A stretch of 64,000 nucleotides of DNA from an uncultured Candidatus Saccharibacteria bacterium (GCA_964467385.1 CAYXQC010000002.1:1625-65624); one strand, 5' to 3'; numbered from the stretch's first letter, positions 9,693 through 19,508 are shown. Translations and numbers: made by a program. Notes: generated from the sequence alone by a model not told the origin.

Positions 9693-9775
9693 TGGCTGCT
9701 ATAAAAAAATTGACACGGGAGTGTCGTCTTTTTTATCAACTGATCAGGGTCACTGTCCATCTTTTGTCAGGCCAC
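9693..9775. repeat. diverged copy C of the repeat family (hairpin GACAC-GGGA-GTGTC + box GGGTCACTGTCCATCTTTTGT)
   Basis: Carries the box acaaaagatggacagtgaccc (minus sense) shared with copy A; lies just 3' of ORF 9796..10512. Confidence 0.6.
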
Positions 9776-9795
9776 GCTAACCTCCCAGAGAAACC

Positions 9796-10512
9796 CTAGC
9801 TTCTAAATGTTTTTCTATTTAACGCACGACTGTCATCATCCGGCAAAAAACGAAAATGCTCGCTGAAATATGGGTTTTTAGGATATCCGTCATGATTACT
9901 TAGCCTACCAATTAATGGTCTCATTATCCTTGCGGCATACATTACGTAATACTTGGAAGCGTGCTCAACTAGCTGGGTATGGACCGCTAAGTCACTAAGA
10001 CTATTTATCGCTGACAAATCTTCACGATTGTGAAGCACGTGTCCTAATTCATCAATATTGGGTGCAAGCCAAACTCTATGAGGAGGATGGGTTTCGAGAA
10101 TATCTTTTATAATAGTGCTGTAAAATTTTACAACAGGCTCATTTGCAAGCCGACGTTTATCTCCACGAGATAAGAAATCTACAATACTGTATCTATCACC
10201 TTCAGCAAAATCATTTAGAAAAGATATCAACTTAGCTTCGATACTATCGTCATTGAAATTAATTCCCAAGACATTAATCAAATCTTTTAGTTTATGTCCG
10301 TGTGTTTTAAGGTTAACCCCAGACTGCTCAACATTGAGTATTAATTTCATTAGTCTTTCTAATCCCATACTTAGAGCATAAAAGGACTGATAATAGTAGG
10401 CATGACTGGATGATATTTTACGGCTATTTTCAAGACCATTAGTAAGCAGTTCGGCAACAATTGACGCTTCTCTATTGAGTATCTTAAAACGCTCTGTTTT
10501 TAGCGGATCCAT
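9796..10512 (-). CDS. hypothetical protein
   Basis: 238 aa and mostly helical by composition; no confident domain. Confidence 0.45.
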   Translation of the reverse strand: MDPLKTERFKILNREASIVAELLTNGLENSRKISSSHAYYYQSFYALSMGLERLMKLILNVEQSGVNLKTHGHKLKDLINVLGINFNDDSIEAKLISFLNDFAEGDRYSIVDFLSRGDKRRLANEPVVKFYSTIIKDILETHPPHRVWLAPNIDELGHVLHNREDLSAINSLSDLAVHTQLVEHASKYYVMYAARIMRPLIGRLSNHDGYPKNPYFSEHFRFLPDDDSRALNRKTFRS

Positions 10513-10599
10513 ATTACTGAGAATTATATGCTCAACTTTTCTAAATAGCCAATAAAAACTAGCCCGACTGACAACTTATTTAAGTTTTTTTGACCACTA

Positions 10600-11283
10600 C
10601 TATTGGACTCTTATGACGGCCTTTACCTGTCCACATATTCTAAAACCAGTATCTTCATTATCAATTTCCTCATCTTCAAATTCAGCGTTCATTGATCTCA
10701 ATAAATACTTTGAAGAATCACCCAACTCAAATTTGACAATCTTTTTTATTTTAGGCATGCCTTCGTGGACAATAACTGCAACCTGGCCACTTTCAACATT
10801 TACCTGTTTCCGTGCTAAAACTAAATCACCCTCCTTAATCATTGGCTCCATTGAGGCACCTTTAGGTTTTATTAAAAAGTAATCTTTTGGATTTGTGATT
10901 CCGAATGTTTTAGAAGACAAAGGAACACGCTCCATTATTCGATCATCACCCAAAAAGCCATCTGGACCACATTGTGCAGTCGTTCGGTACAAATCAACAT
11001 ATACAACCTCGGATGCAGGGTTATCCAATACTTCAAAAATTCTTTTATCTGGCTGATATCTACGAAGAAAACCTTTATTCTCCAATTGTTCGAGATGGTG
11101 GGCTACCACTTGAGCCCTGTCTTCAATACCCATCTCAGTTCCTATCACTCTTAAGGAAAGCCCTTCTATATTTCCATTATGAGCCTTAATAACCTCTAGC
11201 AGTTTTCTCTGGTGAGGATGTAATTTCATATTGATTCTATTATGCCCTAGACAAGGCAGTATTGCAAATAATATTGTGGACAA
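10600..11283 (-). CDS. LexA/CI-like repressor, S24 peptidase family
   Basis: C-terminal GASMEPMIKEGDLV (Ser nucleophile) and PKIKKI (Lys), with an N-terminal winged-helix HTH. The real start is probably the internal MKLHPHQRKLLEV. Confidence 0.8.
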   Translation of the reverse strand: MSTILFAILPCLGHNRINMKLHPHQRKLLEVIKAHNGNIEGLSLRVIGTEMGIEDRAQVVAHHLEQLENKGFLRRYQPDKRIFEVLDNPASEVVYVDLYRTTAQCGPDGFLGDDRIMERVPLSSKTFGITNPKDYFLIKPKGASMEPMIKEGDLVLARKQVNVESGQVAVIVHEGMPKIKKIVKFELGDSSKYLLRSMNAEFEDEEIDNEDTGFRICGQVKAVIRVQ

Positions 11284-11370
11284 ATGCTATATCGTCCAGA
11301 AATACTTGACAAAGAATTTTAGAGGTATATTCTTGCAGTAACACGTTCCTGCGCTAAAAGCAAAAGCCTC

Positions 11371-11778
11371 GTGACAATATTAACAAATAAATACAAAACA
11401 ATGGGAGGAAAATCATCAGCATCAGGAAAAAGAATAAGAAAGGATAACGACAGTATTGAGTTGGTACCACTATCTCGAATGAATTCGTCAGGTGGAGGGT
11501 CTGGAACAAATAAATCAGACGAAAAACTTCAGCCTGTGTGCACACTGTCTTTTGAAACAGAACTGCCTCAGGAAAAGTCTTTACTTGCAGGTACCCCTCT
11601 CCTTCTCAAGGAAGAGGATGGTATATGGAAAATTACACACCAAGGAAAAGTTATTGCAAACCTCAAGAGAGCACGGTCTGCAATGTTGAAACACTGTCTT
11701 GAAGAAGGTTATCATTACAAAGGAAAGGTAAAAGTAAAAGAAGACACCAAATATGGAGAATTTCGAAGATCATCCTAG
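11371..11778 (+). CDS. hypothetical protein
   Basis: 135 aa, divergent from the repressor gene; overlaps the next ORF by 26 nt, suggesting an operon. Confidence 0.35.
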   Translation: MTILTNKYKTMGGKSSASGKRIRKDNDSIELVPLSRMNSSGGGSGTNKSDEKLQPVCTLSFETELPQEKSLLAGTPLLLKEEDGIWKITHQGKVIANLKRARSAMLKHCLEEGYHYKGKVKVKEDTKYGEFRRSS

Positions 11779-12838
11779 AACGCTGTCTTTTGCAAGCCTT
11801 GAGTGTAATGTCAACAATAAAGACTGGGAGCCATTTGTGTCTCCTACTGAAACCTCACAAATACAAGAAGTTTGCTCTGAGGAATCCGTCAATCACATCA
11901 GTTGTAAAAATCCAGATGTCGCTCTCTACATTGAAGACGTACAGGGTTTAGAACTTGATGTTAATTTTGATCAAACTCTTCTTCCAAAGCTACCCAAAAT
12001 GATTCATACTTTGGAAAAAAGCTTCATCTGGTCAGACCCATCAAATATCGAGGGTGACGCCATCAGTATCTCTTTGGGAGATATATTCACCAACCCTCCA
12101 AGAAAAGTTAGTGGTATATTGCGTGCTCCAAAAAGATTGAATTTAAATAAAAAAATACTTCAATCTCCAATGTTCCTGCAGAAAACTGTAATTTTAAACA
12201 TGTCTGCCCAAGACGTTTTAATAGAAAGCTTGTGGATGCAACAAAATAATATATCTATATATTCATCTCTGTACCAATTAGGTTTTAGGTTCGCAACAAC
12301 TCCAAACTTTTCAGTTTTTGCTGGCGAATGTCCGTTAGGACATAGGATAAACCAAAAGAAGAGTCTTGTTTTTGGAAAAGGATTACAAAAAGCTGGTATT
12401 ACAGCAATACCTCACGTATACATAATAAATGACAGTCACCTTGAAGCATACATCACATACTTAAAAAGATTTCCGACAATCAAAACAATTATAATGAACT
12501 GTACACTGCAACGAAAAAGCCCGCTCGAGATTCAACATGTACATAAGATTATTTCGAGATTGATTTTAGAAAGAAAAGATCTTCATATAATTCTGCAAGG
12601 TATAAACATTAAGGATGCAAGGTATTTTTGCGAGTTTGAAGAAAATTTACACTATATGGTTTCAACCGCACACTACAATGCTGTCGTACGAAATGAGAAC
12701 AAATACGGTAATGGAAAATTAGAAACGATCAGAGGTTCTTCTAAAAATAGAGGTGACTTGATAAAAGCAAATACTCATGCGTATGCGGAATTCATTGAAA
12801 ATGTCTGTGTCCCTATTTACCGAAACAATATAGGTTGA
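11753..12838 (+). CDS. hypothetical protein (island cargo)
   Basis: 361 aa, no recognised domain. Confidence 0.45.
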   Translation: MENFEDHPRTLSFASLECNVNNKDWEPFVSPTETSQIQEVCSEESVNHISCKNPDVALYIEDVQGLELDVNFDQTLLPKLPKMIHTLEKSFIWSDPSNIEGDAISISLGDIFTNPPRKVSGILRAPKRLNLNKKILQSPMFLQKTVILNMSAQDVLIESLWMQQNNISIYSSLYQLGFRFATTPNFSVFAGECPLGHRINQKKSLVFGKGLQKAGITAIPHVYIINDSHLEAYITYLKRFPTIKTIIMNCTLQRKSPLEIQHVHKIISRLILERKDLHIILQGINIKDARYFCEFEENLHYMVSTAHYNAVVRNENKYGNGKLETIRGSSKNRGDLIKANTHAYAEFIENVCVPIYRNNIG

Positions 12839-12848
12839 GCGGAAAACT

Positions 12849-13352
12849 CTACTTCAAAAAGTCCCACCTTCCTTTGTAATCTTCCGCTATCGGCATATCA
12901 AGCTTGTATTCACAGCCTTTTTTACCGAGCATGAAAGACCTCAACTTAGAATCATTACGAGTATCCTTTCCGCTCAACCAGTATTTGTGAGACTCCTGAA
13001 TGAACTTGGCTACAACCGCACTAGGCACGATATAGAAGTCAAAAGAGTGAGTGCTTTGCAGGATACTTACAAAGCAGTAGAAGAGGGTTGGATCATTAAT
13101 TGCTTCGTGTTTATCTCCCATTCTCCAATGAGCCTCTACATGACCAAAATCTGCAGATATATATGAATGGTTGTCGTAATGAGTCTTAACCTCAAGTTTG
13201 TACATGTTCTTCGTTTCAGGGTGCGAAAGGAGTATGTCTACACTTTTTGTATTTCCTAAGGTCATGTTTGCGTCGTACCCTCGAAGTGCGAGCTGGGACA
13301 GTACAGCAAACTCACCTGCAAGCCCTATTTGATTTTTAGATATGAATGACAT
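12849..13352 (-). CDS. PD-(D/E)xK nuclease-fold protein (Hjc/NERD-like)
   Basis: Motif string GLAGEFAVLSQLALRGY...VDILL...KLEVKT, which reads as a D...E-x-K arrangement. Confidence 0.45.
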   Translation of the reverse strand: MSFISKNQIGLAGEFAVLSQLALRGYDANMTLGNTKSVDILLSHPETKNMYKLEVKTHYDNHSYISADFGHVEAHWRMGDKHEAINDPTLFYCFVSILQSTHSFDFYIVPSAVVAKFIQESHKYWLSGKDTRNDSKLRSFMLGKKGCEYKLDMPIAEDYKGRWDFLK

Positions 13353-13386
13353 GGAGATATTTTATCATGCTCTAACACTTTTGAAT

Positions 13387-13965
13387 TTACCGCGTGCTTC
13401 CGTTCCAATACCTCGCATTTACTTCACCTTGGTTACAAATAACAACCGAATTATTAACTGTGTGAGTAATCGGGCTAAAAGCCGTACCATCATCGGTTGT
13501 AACCTTGGACCATGAGATTATTACTACCTGTCCAGCTTTAACATCAAATGGATTCCTTGTTCTAAATGGTGGTTTATTAAAATTCCATCCATTTCCACCA
13601 TTAACTCCCACCATGCAGTTACTCCAATCTGTGCTCTCAAGGTTTGTTATGTGAATTCCACTACCCCCAGTCTGAACGCGAACTTTTAAGTCGGAAGTAC
13701 TTGAATTTGAAGAAGGGACAGAAGAATGACTTGATGAGCCGGATTTTGAGCCTGAAGCTGAGAAGAGTCCTAAAAGCAGGAATGATCCAAATATTACAGC
13801 AAATGCTGTAAGGACAAGTCTTTTACTATCGTTCTTTGGTCGACTTCCATGTAAAGAGAAGCTCCTCATCGGTATTTTGATAGTTGATTGACAATAAGGA
13901 CACTTAGTCGCAAGCGCAGATATTTCCTTTATGCAAAATGGACACTTTTTCGTCTCTTCGTTCAT
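13387..13965 (-). CDS. zinc-ribbon (CPFC...CPYC) membrane protein with Ser-rich linker and extracytoplasmic domain
   Basis: N-terminal CxxC x2, one TM helix, then an SGSKSGSSSHSS linker. Confidence 0.5.
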   Translation of the reverse strand: MNEETKKCPFCIKEISALATKCPYCQSTIKIPMRSFSLHGSRPKNDSKRLVLTAFAVIFGSFLLLGLFSASGSKSGSSSHSSVPSSNSSTSDLKVRVQTGGSGIHITNLESTDWSNCMVGVNGGNGWNFNKPPFRTRNPFDVKAGQVVIISWSKVTTDDGTAFSPITHTVNNSVVICNQGEVNARYWNGSTR

Positions 13966-14240
13966 GGTTTTAAAATTTAGCGTTTAAAACCTAGAGTGTA
14001 GGAAACAGAAATCCTACCCCTAGGTGACCACGAGGGTCTGCGCCAGTTTCCCGATGCAACGCTGAATAACGTCCTAAGAGTAGGGTTTCTGTTATTCAGC
14101 GATTTTATGACCATACCTAGAGCCGAAGCAGTAGGGTTAGGTCGCCTATTTAGTTGTAGCTATACTTTACTGTATTTTAAGATAATAGTGAAGGATCTTA
14201 ATATACAGAGAAATTTAATATTGGTAATATTTAATTACCA

Positions 14241-15257
14241 ATGAATCAAAACACATATAAAAGTTTGGAAGATTTTATTAATGGTTTCAAAAGAGAATTT
14301 GGAAGCATCTATAATGATGAAATAAAACATATCAGAGCAATCAATATAAAGCCAAAAAGAAATGGCCTTTACTACCAAAGCCAGTTTCTGGATCTAACCA
14401 ATATACTTGAAAAAGAAAAGTCAAAGACGAGTAAATCAATGATTTTTATGAACATTGATGATGTTATTGCTGAAGAAATTCCAACACTAAATATTGAACC
14501 ATTAAAGAGCGCAGGGAGAAAAATGAGAATTGAAGCTAGTAATTTTTCGATTCTACTCTTAACAGATAAGTTTCAAGAGTTTACTAAACTTTCAAGAAAA
14601 CTACTGAATCTACCTGACGGGGGTTGCAAAGATATAGACGAGCGAGAAACTTATTTTAAGAAATGGGCGTCACACCTATTTCAAGTCAAAATTTTGAAAA
14701 CAGAACATGATATGGCAAGTACATACAAATTATTCAATCTTCCATTAAGATTATTTCTTTCTAGAAATTCTGACTTTGATCACAAAACTTTCGAACAACA
14801 ATTTATGTTGGAAAGAATGGCTTATGACTATATAACACTGGATAAACCTTTTTATTCAGCTGAACTTTTTAATGATAGAAACCAAGATTCTTGTGAACTG
14901 AGACTACCGTCATTAAAACCAGAAAAAATGTTTAATGCAGGAGTTGGGATTGGATTAGTTGCATACCACGAGACAACTAAAGCGGATCTGAAACTTCAAA
15001 TAGACAAAGTCTGGCCAACAATTGAAAATTACCTTAAAAGAACACCTGATAGACCAAAAGAGCAGAAAGAACCTGATCTTGATTCCATGAAAGATAGATG
15101 GACAGCTTACCAACTGCACAAATTACACAGAATGAACTATCAGAAAATTGCCACGATACTAGGAAAAAGCGTCTCTCATTGCCGTAAAATGGCTTCAGAC
15201 TTGAGCAAAGAAGTTAAAAAACTTACAAACAAAAACGCTACTACAAGCAAAAAATAA
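14241..15257 (+). CDS. hypothetical protein with C-terminal HTH (sigma-70 region-4/resolvase-like)
   Basis: 338 aa; the C-terminal stretch YQKIATILGKSVSHCRKMASDL looks like an HTH. Confidence 0.45.
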   Translation: MNQNTYKSLEDFINGFKREFGSIYNDEIKHIRAINIKPKRNGLYYQSQFLDLTNILEKEKSKTSKSMIFMNIDDVIAEEIPTLNIEPLKSAGRKMRIEASNFSILLLTDKFQEFTKLSRKLLNLPDGGCKDIDERETYFKKWASHLFQVKILKTEHDMASTYKLFNLPLRLFLSRNSDFDHKTFEQQFMLERMAYDYITLDKPFYSAELFNDRNQDSCELRLPSLKPEKMFNAGVGIGLVAYHETTKADLKLQIDKVWPTIENYLKRTPDRPKEQKEPDLDSMKDRWTAYQLHKLHRMNYQKIATILGKSVSHCRKMASDLSKEVKKLTNKNATTSKK

Positions 15258-15405
15258 ACTCTCACCAAAAATACTCCATCTTTTGTCATGATGCCCTCAT
15301 GGTATTTCCATACCATGATTATGTCTTCTAAATCCCCAATCGAAACAATAAATATAGCAACGGAAAAAGCAGTCGAACTGCTTGCGGATATTTTTATTGC
15401 GCTGA

Positions 15406-15726
15406 TTGACCACAAGCACAGGCAAAATCTTAATACTAAAAATAAAACGAATAATGAAAACGAAAATCCAACAAACGAATAATGAATTTATTCCAAAAGA
15501 AGATACGACCTACTATTGCACTAGCGATATTGGTCTTACTGCATATTTGATCTACAAGGACCACAAACTTTCCTGTATTCAATACAGCGATGAAAAGCTC
15601 ATTTTTATACTTGAAAGCAATATGTGCACCTATGACGACATCGAGATTTACAAAGGAGAAAAAGAACAGCAAGAAATAATTGACTATATTAAAAACATAA
15701 ACGCTATACATGCACATGCAGAATAA
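15406..15726 (+). CDS. small hypothetical protein
   Basis: 106 aa ORF directly upstream of, and overlapping, the AAA ATPase gene. Confidence 0.3.
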   Translation: MTTSTGKILILKIKRIMKTKIQQTNNEFIPKEDTTYYCTSDIGLTAYLIYKDHKLSCIQYSDEKLIFILESNMCTYDDIEIYKGEKEQQEIIDYIKNINAIHAHAE

Positions 15727-16822
15727 CCCTGATGACAACACTGTAAAACCTATGGAAAAGTTAGTAGGTGAACTTACAGATAATCTAGTTGATACAGACT
15801 CAAGAAACACGGCAATAATCGACTATAAACTTACGTCCTTGAAAGAACTTATGGAAACCGAGTTTGACGCAATTCAATGGGTAGTAGACAGACTTATCCC
15901 CGCTTCAGGTTTAATTGCTTTGTCGGGGGCACCTGCCTCATACAAGACGTGGTTAGTTCTAGATATGGCACAGAAAATTGCTTCTGGTACCCCTTTGTTT
16001 AATAGATTCCAAACAAAGCAGACAGGTGTTCTTTTGGTAGACGAAGAAAATGGTGACCGACTACTTCAAATAAGATTCAAAAAGATTGGAGATAGATTTG
16101 ATTTGCCTATTTATACACTTTCATTTAAATACTTCAAACTAACAAATGACAATGTGAAGAAAATAATACGAGTCGCCAAGAAAAAAGAAATCGGACTGAT
16201 TATATTTGATTCTCTGGTTCGAATTCACGAAGAGGATGAGAACAGTGCAATAGCAATGGCTAGCGTCTTCAGCCTACTACGAAAAATTACAAATGAAGGA
16301 ATAACCGTCATATTCACCCACCACCATAGAAAGAAAGGAAATAATCAGTCTGGTGGATCACAGGAAATGAGAGGATCTTCAGATATCTTAGCTTCTCTAG
16401 ATTGTCACCTGTCAGTAGATAGCGAAAAGGGAGAAAACTCTGTTAAGGTTACTCAGAACAAATCTCGTTATGCGGAAGAAATTGGCAGTTTCACCTTAAA
16501 TGTTATCAAAGACGGAGAGAATTTAAGTTTTGAAATTGATGGAGATATTGAAGAACAGCAAAGTAACAAATCAATCGTTGAAGAAGCTATTGTACACGCA
16601 CTTGCTCTCAATACCGAGCTTTGCAAGACAGACATCCTGAGACTACTGAAACAGGACGGTATAAAAGTCGGAAACTCAACACTTCTAAACACAATAAAAA
16701 GAATGGTAAAGAAAGGTGTCATACAAGAGAAACAAGGAGAGAAGAATACAACTTTATGTTCATTGGTAAAGCCCGAAGAATCACAGCCAAAACAGTCAGT
16801 TAAAAATACCAACACTATATAG
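15710..16822 (+). CDS. RepA-like AAA_25/RecA-fold ATPase with C-terminal winged helix (mobile-element replication/primase-helicase loader type)
   Basis: Degenerate Walker A SGAPASYKT, Walker B LLVDEE, and a C-terminal wHTH-like region. Confidence 0.65.
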   Translation: MHMQNNPDDNTVKPMEKLVGELTDNLVDTDSRNTAIIDYKLTSLKELMETEFDAIQWVVDRLIPASGLIALSGAPASYKTWLVLDMAQKIASGTPLFNRFQTKQTGVLLVDEENGDRLLQIRFKKIGDRFDLPIYTLSFKYFKLTNDNVKKIIRVAKKKEIGLIIFDSLVRIHEEDENSAIAMASVFSLLRKITNEGITVIFTHHHRKKGNNQSGGSQEMRGSSDILASLDCHLSVDSEKGENSVKVTQNKSRYAEEIGSFTLNVIKDGENLSFEIDGDIEEQQSNKSIVEEAIVHALALNTELCKTDILRLLKQDGIKVGNSTLLNTIKRMVKKGVIQEKQGEKNTTLCSLVKPEESQPKQSVKNTNTI

Positions 16823-16946
16823 GGGAGAATTTTAACTCACTCATATACAAAGGGGGTGCATAACCTCTGTTGGTTTAAGTGTGCCTTGAAAGGACGCTTA
16901 AAGAGAAAGGTTACTTAATTATAAGTCAGTAAAAAACATTAAATAT

Positions 16947-18551
16947 ATGAAAAATAAAAATATTGGATTGGCATACTGCCGAGTTTCTACAGAGGATCAG
17001 ACAGATGGTATCTCACTCGACTATCAAGAACAGGAGTGTAAAAAAGCCGCCTACGCAGACGGGTACACAGATGTAATAGTTATTAGAGACGAAGGAAAAA
17101 GTGGTAAAGATCTATTTAGAAAAGGAATACAAGAAGTGATTGAACTAGCAAAGAAAAGAGAGTTCTCAACTATGTATGTTACCAACTCGGACCGCCTTGC
17201 TCGTAGCGTAGAGGCTCACGCTTTTGTTAGAACCATACTTAAAAATAATGATGTAAAACTCAAATACTTAAACGGTCAATCTTCAGGAGAAGATGCCAGT
17301 TCTATATTGACCGATAACATGTTTGCAACTATTAACCAGTTTTACAGTGATACAACCCGAGAGAAAACGATTCAAGCAGTAGACACAAAAGCACGAGCAG
17401 GCTACTTCCCTGCCAATGTACCCGCAGGATATATGAACGTAGAAAACCCAGACAAGAACTGTGAGAAAGTTGCGAAGAGAATTATTGTTCCACACCCAAA
17501 GACTGCCCATCTTGTAACGGAAGCTTTTAAGTTATATGCAACAGGTCAGTACAATGTATTTCAGTTAAATGATATGTTACACGACAAAGGCTTAGTGAGT
17601 AGTTCGGGTAAAAAATTAGTCCCTGCCATGTTCTATAAGATGCTCAAGAACAGACTGTATCTTGGAGAAATTCATTGGAGAGACATACACGTAAAAGGAA
17701 AGCATCAACCACTTATTGATGAAGCAACTTTTGATCAGGTACAGAAAATTGCAAACAACAATACAAACGGACGTTGCCGAAGACGTAAGTATAAGTGGCT
17801 TCTGAACGGGTATATCTTCTGCCCTATTCACAATAGAAAATTTACTGCAGAGTGGCACTTAGGAAAGCGTATTGCTTACTACCACTGTACTAATCCAGGA
17901 GGATGCGGAAAATATATTGAGAAGTCCAACTTAGAAGGACAAGTTGCAGACAAGTTTAGACTACTAGAATTTAGTGACGACTTTGTAGAATCAATCGTTG
18001 CAAAGGTTAAACAGGTTTATCAAGACAGGAAAGATAATTATCAATCTGAATACAGAGGTCTATTAAACAAAAGAAATGCATGTGAGATTAAGATTAGATC
18101 TGCTGAAGATAGATTAGTTGACGGATCACTTAGTAGCGAAGCCTGTAAAAGAATCACGGACGACATGAGAACATCTATTTCTAAAGTAGATTCACAGATA
18201 AACAAACTGCAAACTGTGCAGGATATAAACATAGACGTATTAGGCGAAATTCTGGCGTTTACGAAGAATTTATACAAAACATATATTCAGGCACCGGAAG
18301 ACTATCAAAAGCACATGATTGGATGTTTCTTTGATGGTTTTGAAGTAAAGGATGGAGTTATAATAAAAGAGCGATTGACCCCACTATTTCAGGTTTTATT
18401 GGATGCAAATACCATGTTTATGAAAGGTGTCAAAAACAAAATATCCCCTGAAATAAAGGGATATTCTGAAGTTATAATAACTAATTTAATGGGTGCCCAG
18501 AGAGGATCGAACTCTCGTAACCGGATCCACAGACCGGGGCTTTACCACTAA
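16947..18551 (+). CDS. large serine recombinase (integrase)
   Basis: N-terminal resolvase domain YCRVSTEDQ...SLDYQ, a recombinase domain, and a zinc ribbon (CPIHNRKF...HCTNPGGCGKY). The last ~60 nt are antisense to tRNA-His. Confidence 0.85.
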   Translation: MKNKNIGLAYCRVSTEDQTDGISLDYQEQECKKAAYADGYTDVIVIRDEGKSGKDLFRKGIQEVIELAKKREFSTMYVTNSDRLARSVEAHAFVRTILKNNDVKLKYLNGQSSGEDASSILTDNMFATINQFYSDTTREKTIQAVDTKARAGYFPANVPAGYMNVENPDKNCEKVAKRIIVPHPKTAHLVTEAFKLYATGQYNVFQLNDMLHDKGLVSSSGKKLVPAMFYKMLKNRLYLGEIHWRDIHVKGKHQPLIDEATFDQVQKIANNNTNGRCRRRKYKWLLNGYIFCPIHNRKFTAEWHLGKRIAYYHCTNPGGCGKYIEKSNLEGQVADKFRLLEFSDDFVESIVAKVKQVYQDRKDNYQSEYRGLLNKRNACEIKIRSAEDRLVDGSLSSEACKRITDDMRTSISKVDSQINKLQTVQDINIDVLGEILAFTKNLYKTYIQAPEDYQKHMIGCFFDGFEVKDGVIIKERLTPLFQVLLDANTMFMKGVKNKISPEIKGYSEVIITNLMGAQRGSNSRNRIHRPGLYH

Positions 18552-18563
18552 GCTATGGGCACC
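18490..18563 (-). tRNA. tRNA-His (anticodon GTG) with encoded G-1
   Basis: Cloverleaf read by hand: G-1 + GTGCCCA, D-arm GCTT/AAGC, anticodon loop CTGTGGA, T-arm GAGAG-TTCGATC-CTCTC, acceptor TGGGCAC + C73. Position 31:39 is a T:T. Confidence 0.8.
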
Positions 18564-18637
18564 ATATGTATGCGCCGAGGCGCAATTTACGCCAAGAAAA
18601 TACTGAGCGTGCACACAGTTATATCAGATAAATGCAC

Positions 18638-19504
18638 TTATTTCAACCAAGACTTATCAGCAAGTGAACCAGCAATTTCTACAAAGGGGATCTTTACATT
18701 CATTTCACCAAAAACATATGGAGCGACCTGATATGGACTAAATGCCCAGCGAATGAAACCATCCTCAACATAAAATACACTAAAATTTTCAGCCGTTGGC
18801 GCAGTACCTGTCGGCTCAAATATATCATCAACTGTCTGTTTTTCCGATCCCGAATCACCGGTCTGTTTAACTGAGTCCAGATATGACTGCAAATTTTTTT
18901 TCACTTTTACGGTGGCAACCTCAGAAATTTTCTTAAGCGGAGCTGGATCATTTTTACTTAAAATAGAATCAAGAGAGATCAATTCCCCACTCTGTGTTAT
19001 GAAGTTCATAACCACTTTGTATGAGAGAGGGTGTGCAGCGCCAGAGTAATATGAACCGACCGAAATCTCTATGTAAAATGTTTTATCAGTTACTGCAACA
19101 GGCTGTCCGGCTTCAATACTCAATTGATGTTTCTGATCTTCAGAAATTAATTTCACACCTGAAACATCAGCAATAAATGCCTCTTGAATTTCAAAAATCT
19201 TTTCGCGAACTTGTTCATTGACTGCTTTGTTGAGTGTTGATGATAAGCCAGTTACATCATGTCCACTAATTTGAATGGTGTACGTACTTTTCTCAATTGT
19301 GTTTGTGTACTCAGTTGAATTTATAGGCTCAGCAGATTTTAACAGAGAAACATTTTCCCCTTGCCTTATAAAAGTATCCTCTGGAGACTTTTTGAAAAAT
19401 GAGATGCAGAGATCAATACAGATAAAAACAATAACTATTAGTAGTAGAATTTTGAGGGTCTTTTTCATAGATATATTGTAGCACCGTCGATACAAGTCGC
19501 CCAT
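18638..19504 (-). CDS. secreted/membrane-anchored DUF4163/DUF3298 (RsiV-like) domain protein
   Basis: Signal/TM MKKTLKILLLIVIVF, then a YYSGAAHP motif. Confidence 0.45.
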   Translation of the reverse strand: MGDLYRRCYNISMKKTLKILLLIVIVFICIDLCISFFKKSPEDTFIRQGENVSLLKSAEPINSTEYTNTIEKSTYTIQISGHDVTGLSSTLNKAVNEQVREKIFEIQEAFIADVSGVKLISEDQKHQLSIEAGQPVAVTDKTFYIEISVGSYYSGAAHPLSYKVVMNFITQSGELISLDSILSKNDPAPLKKISEVATVKVKKNLQSYLDSVKQTGDSGSEKQTVDDIFEPTGTAPTAENFSVFYVEDGFIRWAFSPYQVAPYVFGEMNVKIPFVEIAGSLADKSWLK

Positions 19505-19508
19505 CTAC

